A program made the translations under genes and the position numbers. A stretch of DNA of 35,097 nt from a virus: the IMG/VR virus record IMGVR_UViG_2648501629_000001, positions 101,474-136,570 of that record, one strand, 5' to 3'. A model generated the notes under the pieces. The model ran no database searches. It worked only from the letters and a program-made list of their open reading frames with translations, and was not told the DNA's origin. Positions 20,121 to 26,522 of this stretch are shown here, in pieces. Position 1 is the first letter of the stretch, and each line of letters starts with the position of its first letter.

Positions 20121-20513
20121 TTAATTATCAAATTCAGTTATTAAATCTTCAAATCTTGAACTTTCATCAAACTCTATGAGCTTGTCGTATTCACCTTGAT
20201 TAACAAAGTGTTCTTTGATTTCTTGTGGCAAGTAGCTAGGTAAGAACAATAAGTTTGTCTCATCATGCTTAAGACATCCATTTTCTAAACGAATATCTTC
20301 CACAAACAATCTTGTATCTCCAACGACACAAGATGATATGATGTGATATTCACCATCATGGCGAATACTTGCATAATCATAGCGAGCAACATCAGTCAGC
20401 TTGATTAACTCAAGCATGTCTCGTGTATTGAGTACAATTGTTATATCTTGTTCATCGTGAATATGAAAGTGACCTTCGACAACGTGACTCAATTCATGAA
20501 TCGCCTGTTTCAT
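20121..20513 (-). CDS. Hypothetical protein
   Basis: 130-aa ORF with AAGGTG RBS, followed by a hairpin at 20092-20113. Confidence 0.65.
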   Translation of the reverse strand: MKQAIHELSHVVEGHFHIHDEQDITIVLNTRDMLELIKLTDVARYDYASIRHDGEYHIISSCVVGDTRLFVEDIRLENGCLKHDETNLLFLPSYLPQEIKEHFVNQGEYDKLIEFDESSRFEDLITEFDN

Positions 20514-20515
20514 AG

Positions 20516-20701
20516 TTAGTTCACCTTTTTCATAACAGCAATAGCTTTTACAATATCGCTTTGCATGCTAATATAGCGCTCTAAGTCTGAAATTTGCTTT
20601 ACATGGAGTTCACCTTTACCAAAGATTTCTTCAATTTTAGATTGTATCTTTAAGAAGTTTTCTCGTAATTGTTGTTCCATTTTTATTTCCCTCTCTCTCA
20701 T
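20516..20701 (-). CDS. Small hypothetical protein
   Basis: 61-aa ORF (probable start MEQQL after GAGGG), 2 nt upstream of the next gene. Confidence 0.6.
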   Translation of the reverse strand: MREREIKMEQQLRENFLKIQSKIEEIFGKGELHVKQISDLERYISMQSDIVKAIAVMKKVN

Positions 20702-20713
20702 TCACGAAAGCAA

Positions 20714-20860
20714 GTTCTACAGTGTACTAGGCTATGCGGAGTTTAAAACCCCACTAGCGACAAAAGGAGCGTGAGAATAACGAATCTCAACATAAATAAC
20801 ACTAACACACAACAAAGGAGTGGTTGTGGTAATCCACACACCCTAGTACACTGTAGCAAC
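20714..20860 (-). ncRNA. Candidate structured ncRNA closed by a 15-bp stem
   Basis: CTACAGTGTACTAGG (20717-20731) / CCTAGTACACTGTAG (20842-20856) enclosing 110 nt with small hairpins. Confidence 0.5.
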
Positions 20861-20984
20861 CCTGTCATAGCTTGGCTTATACCGCCAAGTTTGGTCATCC
20901 TTGACCTGTCATTAATGGCTTCACTGAGCCAATCTTCATTTACATATTTAATTGTCAATTCTCGGAGGGCAATCAAGCCCATGT

Positions 20985-21058
20985 TGGCGAAGGTGCTAGG
21001 ATTCGAACCTAGGATGGTGGTTTTGGAGACCACAGTGTTACCACTACACTACACCGAC
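20985..21058 (-). tRNA. trnW: tRNA-Trp (CCA)
   Basis: Cloverleaf with anticodon arm GTGGT-CTCCAAA-ACCAC, T-loop TTCGAAT, G73 and encoded CCA; two acceptor-stem mismatches. Confidence 0.88.
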
Positions 21059-21062
21059 ATAA

Positions 21063-21149
21063 TGGTGGGAAAGGCAGGACTCGAACCTGCAATGTATCTT
21101 ACGTCACGGTTTTACAGACCGCTTGCTTCACCAATTTGCATACTCGCCC
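21063..21149 (-). tRNA. trnY: tRNA-Tyr (GTA)
   Basis: Anticodon loop CTGTAAA, long variable arm, T-arm GCAGG-TTCGAGT-CCTGC, encoded ACCA. Confidence 0.92.
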
Positions 21150-21152
21150 ATA

Positions 21153-21265
21153 TGGTGGCAACAAACAAGAAAAGGAATCTTCTTGTGAGATGTTTCTGTG
21201 TCAGACCATTCTTTTCCACTATTGCGAATCAATAGTGCCTCCACAGCGAGGCTCATCTAGTTGCC
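21153..21265 (-). ncRNA. CCA-tailed multi-branch structured RNA (not a tRNA)
   Basis: GGCAAC.../...GTTGCC-A-CCA closing stem with three internal hairpins; no TTCRA T-arm and no anticodon arm. Confidence 0.6.
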
Positions 21266-21308
21266 TTTTGATGAGGTAAACTGTCAAATCGAATTACACT
21301 AAGGTAAA

Positions 21309-21380
21309 AGGGGTATAAGGGAGTCGAACCCTTGTCTCATGGTTGGAAGCCACGAATAATGACCACTATACTAATACCCC
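21309..21380 (-). tRNA. trnG: tRNA-Gly (TCC)
   Basis: Acceptor GGGGTAT/ATACCCC, loop CTTCCAA, T-arm AAGGG-TTCGACT-CCCTT, U73; CCA not encoded. Confidence 0.9.
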
Positions 21381-21384
21381 AAGA

Positions 21385-21468
21385 TAGCGCAGAGTGCAGG
21401 AATCGAACCTGCGACTAATAGTCTGTTATTGAGCGCTCCTAATAGCTTTACCACTAAGCTAACTCTGC
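21385..21468 (-). ncRNA. tRNA-like RNA / pseudo-tRNA without a canonical anticodon arm
   Basis: Perfect acceptor GCAGAGT/ACTCTGC, D-arm GCTT-AGTGGTA-AAGC and T-arm GCAGG-TTCGATT-CCTGC; the anticodon region is replaced by TATTAGGAGCGCTCAATA; ends in CTA. Confidence 0.7.
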
Positions 21469-21469
21469 A

Positions 21470-21561
21470 TGGAGGAGAGTGTGGGATTCGAACCCACGGA
21501 GACGTAATCGCCCCACTTCCCTAGCAAGGAAGCACAATAAGCCAAACTCTGACAACTCTCC
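21470..21561 (-). tRNA. trnS: tRNA-Ser (GCT)
   Basis: CTTCC-TTGCTAG-GGAAG anticodon arm, long variable arm, T-loop TTCGAAT, encoded CCA. Confidence 0.9.
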
Positions 21562-21570
21562 AAAATTCTA

Positions 21571-21596
21571 ATAAAAAACACCTCAATTAAGGTGTC
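21571..21596 (-). terminator. Rho-independent terminator after the endonuclease gene
   Basis: Minus strand ACACCT-taattg-AGGTGT followed by a T-run. Confidence 0.55.
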
Positions 21597-21597
21597 G

Positions 21598-21975
21598 TTA
21601 AAAAGTCACTTTAAATTTGTCATACTTATCGTATAACACAATTGCTGACCTAGCTGTTATCTCACTTCTAGGTATTAAATACATAGTCCCATCTATTACT
21701 GAAATAAAAACATATTCACAATCATACTCATCGAAATTCTTAATAGTATTTCCTTTCGTATTATGCTTTGATTGCTTTAATGTAACTGTGTAATTCTTAT
21801 TCCCTTGAAGAGAACTTGCTGTTTTTACTTGAACCTTCTTTAACCCTGAACCCATATCTACAACTAAATCGTAGTCTTGTGTATCAGAAAGAGGGATGCT
21901 CACAATGTATTTTTGAGATGTAAAATAAGCTATAGCCATTCCAACACCTGCATTACCTTGTAGTCTACTTGTCAT
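21598..21975 (-). CDS. Free-standing PD-(D/E)XK endonuclease (group I intron-associated / I-Ssp6803I-like family)
   Basis: Motif G..G...A..YF....Y.VSIP......YDLVVD....LKKVQVKT; start MTSRL after GGAG (track starts at 21993); embedded in the tRNA cluster. Confidence 0.82.
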   Translation of the reverse strand: MTSRLQGNAGVGMAIAYFTSQKYIVSIPLSDTQDYDLVVDMGSGLKKVQVKTASSLQGNKNYTVTLKQSKHNTKGNTIKNFDEYDCEYVFISVIDGTMYLIPRSEITARSAIVLYDKYDKFKVTF

Positions 21976-22093
21976 TGCTGTTCCACACTCCAAATATTTA
22001 TTAAGGAGTGGTTAGAGGGAGCATACCCCTCCATTCTTAACCACTTAACTACTATATTACTTCATAAGTAAGTTAGTAGCAACTATTTATATA

Positions 22094-22366
22094 TTATTCT
22101 TCGATAAATTGCTTGATTTTGTTTTTGAATGCTTCTGCCTGACTAGCCTTCTTAGAAGCTTCATTTAATTCATCCATCATCTTTTGGATTTGCTCTTCTT
22201 TCTTCTGAGCAAGTTCATTAAATTTCTGCTCTGCTAATTCTGCCTCTTCAATTGCAGTTGCAAATTGTAACTGTGCTGAATCAATCCACTTTTGAGCCTT
22301 TGCGATTTCTTTTGCGTGACTTCGAGCAAATCGACCAAATACAACCATTAATAGTTTCTTTAACAT
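22094..22366 (-). CDS. Hypothetical coiled-coil protein
   Basis: About 90-aa helical ORF starting MLKKLL (track starts at 22396). Confidence 0.65.
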   Translation of the reverse strand: MLKKLLMVVFGRFARSHAKEIAKAQKWIDSAQLQFATAIEEAELAEQKFNELAQKKEEQIQKMMDELNEASKKASQAEAFKNKIKQFIEE

Positions 22367-22402
22367 AATTCTCTCTTCCCCACTCTCTCTCAACAATGTT
22401 AT

Positions 22403-22479
22403 TGGCGGTGCTAACGAGACTCGAACTCGTGACCTCTTGCGTGACAGGCAAGCATTCTAACCAACTGAACTATAGCACC
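22403..22479 (-). tRNA. trnD: tRNA-Asp (GTC)
   Basis: Canonical 77-nt cloverleaf, loop CTGTCAC, G73 and CCA. Confidence 0.95.
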
Positions 22480-22483
22480 ATAT

Positions 22484-22509
22484 AAAAGGCTCAGAGTGCA
22501 TTCTGAGCC
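22484..22509 (-). terminator. Terminator-like hairpin within the RNA cluster
   Basis: GGCTCAGA-atgcac-TCTGAGCC-TTTT on the minus strand. Confidence 0.55.
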
Positions 22510-22582
22510 AAGGAGGTAGGAGGGTCTTTCATAAAAATGTAGTAAATACAGTTAATTGGTGGGTCTCAAACAACCCATAATA

Positions 22583-22686
22583 TGGAGTTCTGTAGGTGGG
22601 AGTCGAACCCACATGATAAATACTTGACCCTTTCTGTCCCTTTTGGGATTACTTGAACCTTTCAATATCGCTGACCTTCACAGAAC
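22583..22686 (-). ncRNA. tRNA-scaffolded RNA: acceptor, T-arm and CCA with a non-tRNA insert
   Basis: GTTCTGT/ACAGAAC-T-CCA and GTGGG-TTCGACT-CCCAC; the interior carries GAAAGG(T/G)TCAAGTA twice. Confidence 0.65.
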
Positions 22687-22690
22687 ATAA

Positions 22691-22767
22691 TGGCGTTCCA
22701 AGTAGGACTTGAACCTACGACCTTTCGCTTAACAGGCGACTGCTCTAACCAACTGAGCTACAGGAAC
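22691..22767 (-). tRNA. trnN: tRNA-Asn (GTT)
   Basis: 77-nt cloverleaf, loop CTGTTAA, G73 and CCA. Confidence 0.93.
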
Positions 22768-22855
22768 AGGAGGTGCAGATAGTAACCACCCTATCTGCAA
22801 TTTGTAATACCCATGATATTTGTTTCACGAACCATAAAAATAAACCAAAGTTAGG

Positions 22856-22900
22856 AGGAGGTTGCTGTCAGAGTTGAACTGACATTATACCCATGCAACC
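22856..22900 (-). ncRNA. tRNA minihelix-like element (acceptor plus T-arm only)
   Basis: GGTTGC-atgggtataat-GTCAG-TTCAACT-CTGAC-a-GCAACC-t-cct. Confidence 0.45.
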
Positions 22901-22978
22901 ATAAAAGCGAGCCAAACGATATGTTTGCATCTGACTCGCTTGATAGTGACCTTACGTCTTATATTTCGATTTTATGTC

Positions 22979-23263
22979 TTACAGCTTGCGAAGACCTTTT
23001 GCTAATGTAGCAGTAGCTTTGCGATGTGCAGGAACTACGATTTCTTCACCAGTTTGAGGATTACGTGCTGTACGCTCTGCAACTTCTTTAGTGCCAAAAG
23101 AAACGAATCCTTTTAACGCTACACCATCACCTGCTTTTAATGCGCCAGTTACTACTGTTTCGAATGAAGCCATGAATGCTTTTACTGTTGCTTGTGGTAC
23201 TTCAACACCGTGTGTCTCTTTAAGTTCTGCTTGAATTCCTTTTACTACTTCTTGAGTTAACAT
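22979..23263 (-). CDS. hup: HU-family histone-like DNA-binding protein
   Basis: 94 aa with G..V.L.GF.SF......R.ARNPQTGEEI..PA signature. Confidence 0.93.
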   Translation of the reverse strand: MLTQEVVKGIQAELKETHGVEVPQATVKAFMASFETVVTGALKAGDGVALKGFVSFGTKEVAERTARNPQTGEEIVVPAHRKATATLAKGLRKL

Positions 23264-23327
23264 AATATTTGTATACTCCCTTTCTCTCTCTCACATTTAA
23301 TAAAATGTTTGTTTTAATAGTTTTAGT

Positions 23328-23402
23328 AGTCGAAGGTGGGAGTCGAACCCACACGCCACCGATTGTTATATCGTTGAGTCTGCCTGTTGAACTTACTTCG
23401 AC
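23328..23402 (-). ncRNA. tRNA-like RNA / pseudo-tRNA with an aberrant anticodon loop
   Basis: Acceptor GTCGAAG/CTTCGAC, D-arm AGTT...GACT, T-arm GTGGG-TTCGACT-CCCAC; the anticodon loop is 6 or 8 nt (T-ATAACA-A); no CCA. Confidence 0.65.
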
Positions 23403-23607
23403 ATAATAGAAAGAAGACCAAATCTCTCGACTTGGTCTAATTGTTAGGTTGGGAAGGAGGCATTCAATTATGATTGAATAGATTGTGAGTATTAATGTTA
23501 ATTGAAATGGGGTTTCAATAATTTTGTTTAATACCCTTACAATATATATACGATTAACTCTCCCAATAGTTGCACCTTTTTATTAATTTTTTTTAAGAAA
23601 GTTTTTA

Positions 23608-24651
23608 CTATAGCTCTAAATCCCTGTTTTTCTCTACGTAATGCTTAGATATCTTTTTACCAATTCTCTTAAGCATGCGAGTCATATTATACTGTTTCAT
23701 GTCCAATTTCTTAACAATATACTCTCTAGAGTAACCTTGTTTAAATAGGTTAATAACAGTTAATTCCTCTTCTTCTAGAGTATCGATGTCAGCAAGCACC
23801 TTATCTAATTCTTCTATTAAAACACCAACATCAGATGTCGGTTCTGCCTTCTCGTAGAATTGAACCAATGTTCTAGCAACTCTCTCGTCATCTAATTCAA
23901 TAGAGTTTGTTACGCTTCTGCCTTGACCGCCACCCTTAACTCCCTTGAATCTGATTGGCTTTTTAATAGCTTCCTTTATTAACACTTGGTTATCAGATAA
24001 GTCACTAATCCATTTATTCATGTAGTTATCTACGTTTCTATGGATTCGTTTTAAAGTTGCTCTATCATTCTCATCTAAATCCATCTCAAGCATCTTCTCA
24101 ATCTTGGTTGACACTTTCTTTCTATAGAAGTCTTGCTTCATAATATCTATTCCATCTTGTAGCTGAGCAATCTCTTTAATGTCTTTGATATCCTTCGCAT
24201 AAAGCTTCTGACTATCATCTTCTCTATAGTTCGTGTCATCAGGAGAATAGAACATGTCAATTACCTCTACACCATCTTCTAATCCTGATTCCAGTGTAGT
24301 AAAGTTAACGTTTTGAGATTCCTTGTAATCCTTGAACTCTCTTTGAGAACGCCAAAATCTATAAACGACCTTACGATTTGACTCAATGTCTTTTGCATTT
24401 AATAGATAAGTACCAAGTAGCTCTAATGTCTTACACACCGCATCCTGTTCTGCCATCCATCCTTTTTGTGTTGGACTTGCATCGTAGTATTCAGCGAAGT
24501 ATGTCGTCAGAAATTCATGAAGATTTCCATCTTCGTCATTCAGTACACCTACAACTAATTCTAATCTATCTTTATACTGTGTAATAGAAGCATCATATTT
24601 CTGAAAATCGCTTAATTTCTTATCTCCAATTGAACTGTTAAAGTATTTCAC
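23608..24651 (-). CDS. Putative DNA-binding transcriptional regulator (C-terminal sigma region 4/LuxR-like HTH)
   Basis: 347 aa; the C-terminus LEEEELTVINLFKQGYSREYIVKKLDMKQYNMTRMLKRIGKKI looks like an HTH; upstream TTGAAA-16-TATAAT overlaps the motif at 24719-24738. Confidence 0.55.
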   Translation of the reverse strand: MKYFNSSIGDKKLSDFQKYDASITQYKDRLELVVGVLNDEDGNLHEFLTTYFAEYYDASPTQKGWMAEQDAVCKTLELLGTYLLNAKDIESNRKVVYRFWRSQREFKDYKESQNVNFTTLESGLEDGVEVIDMFYSPDDTNYREDDSQKLYAKDIKDIKEIAQLQDGIDIMKQDFYRKKVSTKIEKMLEMDLDENDRATLKRIHRNVDNYMNKWISDLSDNQVLIKEAIKKPIRFKGVKGGGQGRSVTNSIELDDERVARTLVQFYEKAEPTSDVGVLIEELDKVLADIDTLEEEELTVINLFKQGYSREYIVKKLDMKQYNMTRMLKRIGKKISKHYVEKNRDLEL

Positions 24652-24778
24652 CTGTCATTCTCCTTATTGTGTTGTTATTTGTTGTGTTATGAACTAATTA
24701 TAACATAATTACATTTCATTTCAATACTTTTGTTTAATAGGAGGGAATTGAAGGTTGCAACCCCCTATGCCCCATTCT

Positions 24779-25390
24779 CTATTTTGTTTTCTCTTCTATA
24801 TATTCCTTACGGTTTAACTCTCTTCTTCTTTTTAGGTCACGAGCCTGTCCTTCTAATTCATAGATTTCTCTTCTGATATTATCTGACTCTTCCTCGTCTC
24901 CATCTTCTTCTACTGCAGTTACAGCCATCAGTCTTTCTTTTGCATTAGCAATTAATTCAGCGATGTTCTCCTCTTCTACTTTAAACATGCCACTAAACTT
25001 TCTATTCCATGTTTCTTTTGCATCTAGGAATTTGATAAGCATATTCTCTTCATCTTCGCTTAGCTTGAACATACCTTTCTCTTTAAGTGTTGGGAACATT
25101 CCATTAATATCATCTACTTCTATTTCAAGTGAATCATGGAAGTCGCTTTCTGCTTTTCGAGATTCAAACACTTTGTTGTATGCAACTTGTGTAGGCGTGT
25201 TAAGGTAGTCTAGTAAATCATCAGCCATCTTTTTACTTGGTGCGTTTCTATCGCTAATACAGTTCATGTAGAAGTTGTAGTTAATTCCATAAGCATCACA
25301 TAATTCTTTCTTAGAAATACGCTCTGCTACACGCTTGATTTCAGCTTTTCTTAAAATCTCTCTTAACTGTTTCTTCATTGTCATAGTCAT
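24779..25390 (-). CDS. Hypothetical protein with an N-terminal XRE-like HTH
   Basis: ISKKELCDAYGINYNFYMNCISDRNAPSKK resembles HTH_3; GGAGGA RBS; upstream TTGACT-18-TATACT. Confidence 0.6.
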   Translation of the reverse strand: MTMTMKKQLREILRKAEIKRVAERISKKELCDAYGINYNFYMNCISDRNAPSKKMADDLLDYLNTPTQVAYNKVFESRKAESDFHDSLEIEVDDINGMFPTLKEKGMFKLSEDEENMLIKFLDAKETWNRKFSGMFKVEEENIAELIANAKERLMAVTAVEEDGDEEESDNIRREIYELEGQARDLKRRRELNRKEYIEEKTK

Positions 25391-25462
25391 GGTTTAATAT
25401 TCCTCCGTCTCGTTCTTCTGCAATTAGTATATCACTGTGTTACCAATTAAGTCAAATTGTTT

Positions 25463-26161
25463 TTAAGAATCGTTTGAACCTGTGATTGCAAATCCATCTA
25501 CATAATCACGGTTTTCCCATCTTCCATAAACGTTCTTCGTCTTATCTTTCGCCAATCTAAACATCGTATAGTAAATCAATTCATTTTCCATAAGTGTTTT
25601 GATGTACTTTGTGATTGTCTTCTTATTAATACCAGTCTCCCTCTCTATCTCATCTATATTTGGCAGTGTGTATTTGTCACTACTATCCATGTCATATAGA
25701 CGAGATATAATATTGAAGTAAACTGTGTAAATCTTCATTTTGTTTTTATCATCCATCTTTAGAAACTTATATAAGTCCTCGTAGTACATCTTCATAAAAT
25801 GACCTTTTTCTTCAATCTCTTTAAAGAAGTACGTTTTAGACATTTTGATTTCCTCAACTTCAACTGTGCAATTGAAGTCCTCATACGCTACGAATATCTT
25901 TTCATCCACAAGCTTCTGCAGTGATTCTCTTATGGTCGTCTTGTTTTTCGTGTTGATTGTGAATCCAAGCATACTTAGAAGTATCTCCACACTTACTATT
26001 GATATACCTCCAAGTCTTTGCTGTTGAACACCCTTAATCATTGCATAGGTAAAATGGTCACGGCTTTCAAAGCAACTGTCGTTCATGAACTCATGATAAA
26101 TTCTAACAAACTTTCTCTTCCTATTTACTTTATTTACTTCCTTATCATCTTCCTTCAACAT
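25463..26161 (-). CDS. Tandem winged-helix DNA-binding protein, putative replication initiator
   Basis: Two HTH-like segments (SVEILLSMLG...IRESLQKL and PNIDEIERETGINKKTITKYIKTL); start MLKEDD after GGAGGTG (track starts at 26209). Confidence 0.6.
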   Translation of the reverse strand: MLKEDDKEVNKVNRKRKFVRIYHEFMNDSCFESRDHFTYAMIKGVQQQRLGGISIVSVEILLSMLGFTINTKNKTTIRESLQKLVDEKIFVAYEDFNCTVEVEEIKMSKTYFFKEIEEKGHFMKMYYEDLYKFLKMDDKNKMKIYTVYFNIISRLYDMDSSDKYTLPNIDEIERETGINKKTITKYIKTLMENELIYYTMFRLAKDKTKNVYGRWENRDYVDGFAITGSNDS

Positions 26162-26287
26162 TAAACACCTCCCGTCTTCGACATCGAGAATAAGTGACCG
26201 CCTCCACACGGGGGCGTTACATCTCTATATCTAGTCCTTAAATTTTATTTCTAGTCCCCAACTCTTTTTCTAGTCTGTCACCCATTT

Positions 26288-26464
26288 CGAGACGATTATT
26301 GTCTCGTTTTGAACGCTGACTTTCCAAATTGAGACGATAATCGTCTCGTTTTGGACACTAGTTAGAATTTCGAGACGATTATCGTCTCGTTTTTCTCCTG
26401 TAACGGATTTAATATCAATAATTTTGTTTAATAACGAAACCAAATTGAGACGATAATCGTCTCG
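26288..26464. repeat. Array of four 19-bp palindromes (YGAGACGAT-W-ATYGTCTCG), iteron or operator array
   Basis: Copies at 26288-26306, 26330-26348, 26371-26389 and 26446-26464, each followed by TTTT. Confidence 0.9.
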
Positions 26465-26522
26465 TTTTTAACCTTACAACCGAAAGTGTTATTTGTCAAT
26501 ACTTTTGTTTAATTGATTTCGA

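Noticed and set aside
20714-20860. Retron msr-msd (a1/a2 inverted repeats)
   Set aside because: There is no reverse transcriptase in the window and no recognisable msd hairpin.
20743-21235. ORFs 20743-21033 (-) and 20771-21235 (+)
   Set aside because: They overlap tRNA-Trp, tRNA-Tyr and structured RNAs and lack a properly spaced RBS; judged spurious.
21153-21265. Hammerhead, HDV-like (theta) or hairpin ribozyme
   Set aside because: I could not place the required cores (CUGANGA...GAAA, or the nested double pseudoknot) in the correct stem context; kept as an unknown ncRNA.
21562-22090. Group I intron housing the endonuclease
   Set aside because: The nearby tRNAs are complete, no split gene is apparent and there is too little flanking sequence for a ribozyme core.
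26288-26464. Possible mini-CRISPR array (palindromic repeats with unique spacers)
   Set aside because: The gaps between 19-bp cores are 23, 22 and 56 bp and partly conserved, no cas genes are present, and the phasing and position next to HTH genes and DnaA boxes fit iterons or operators better.
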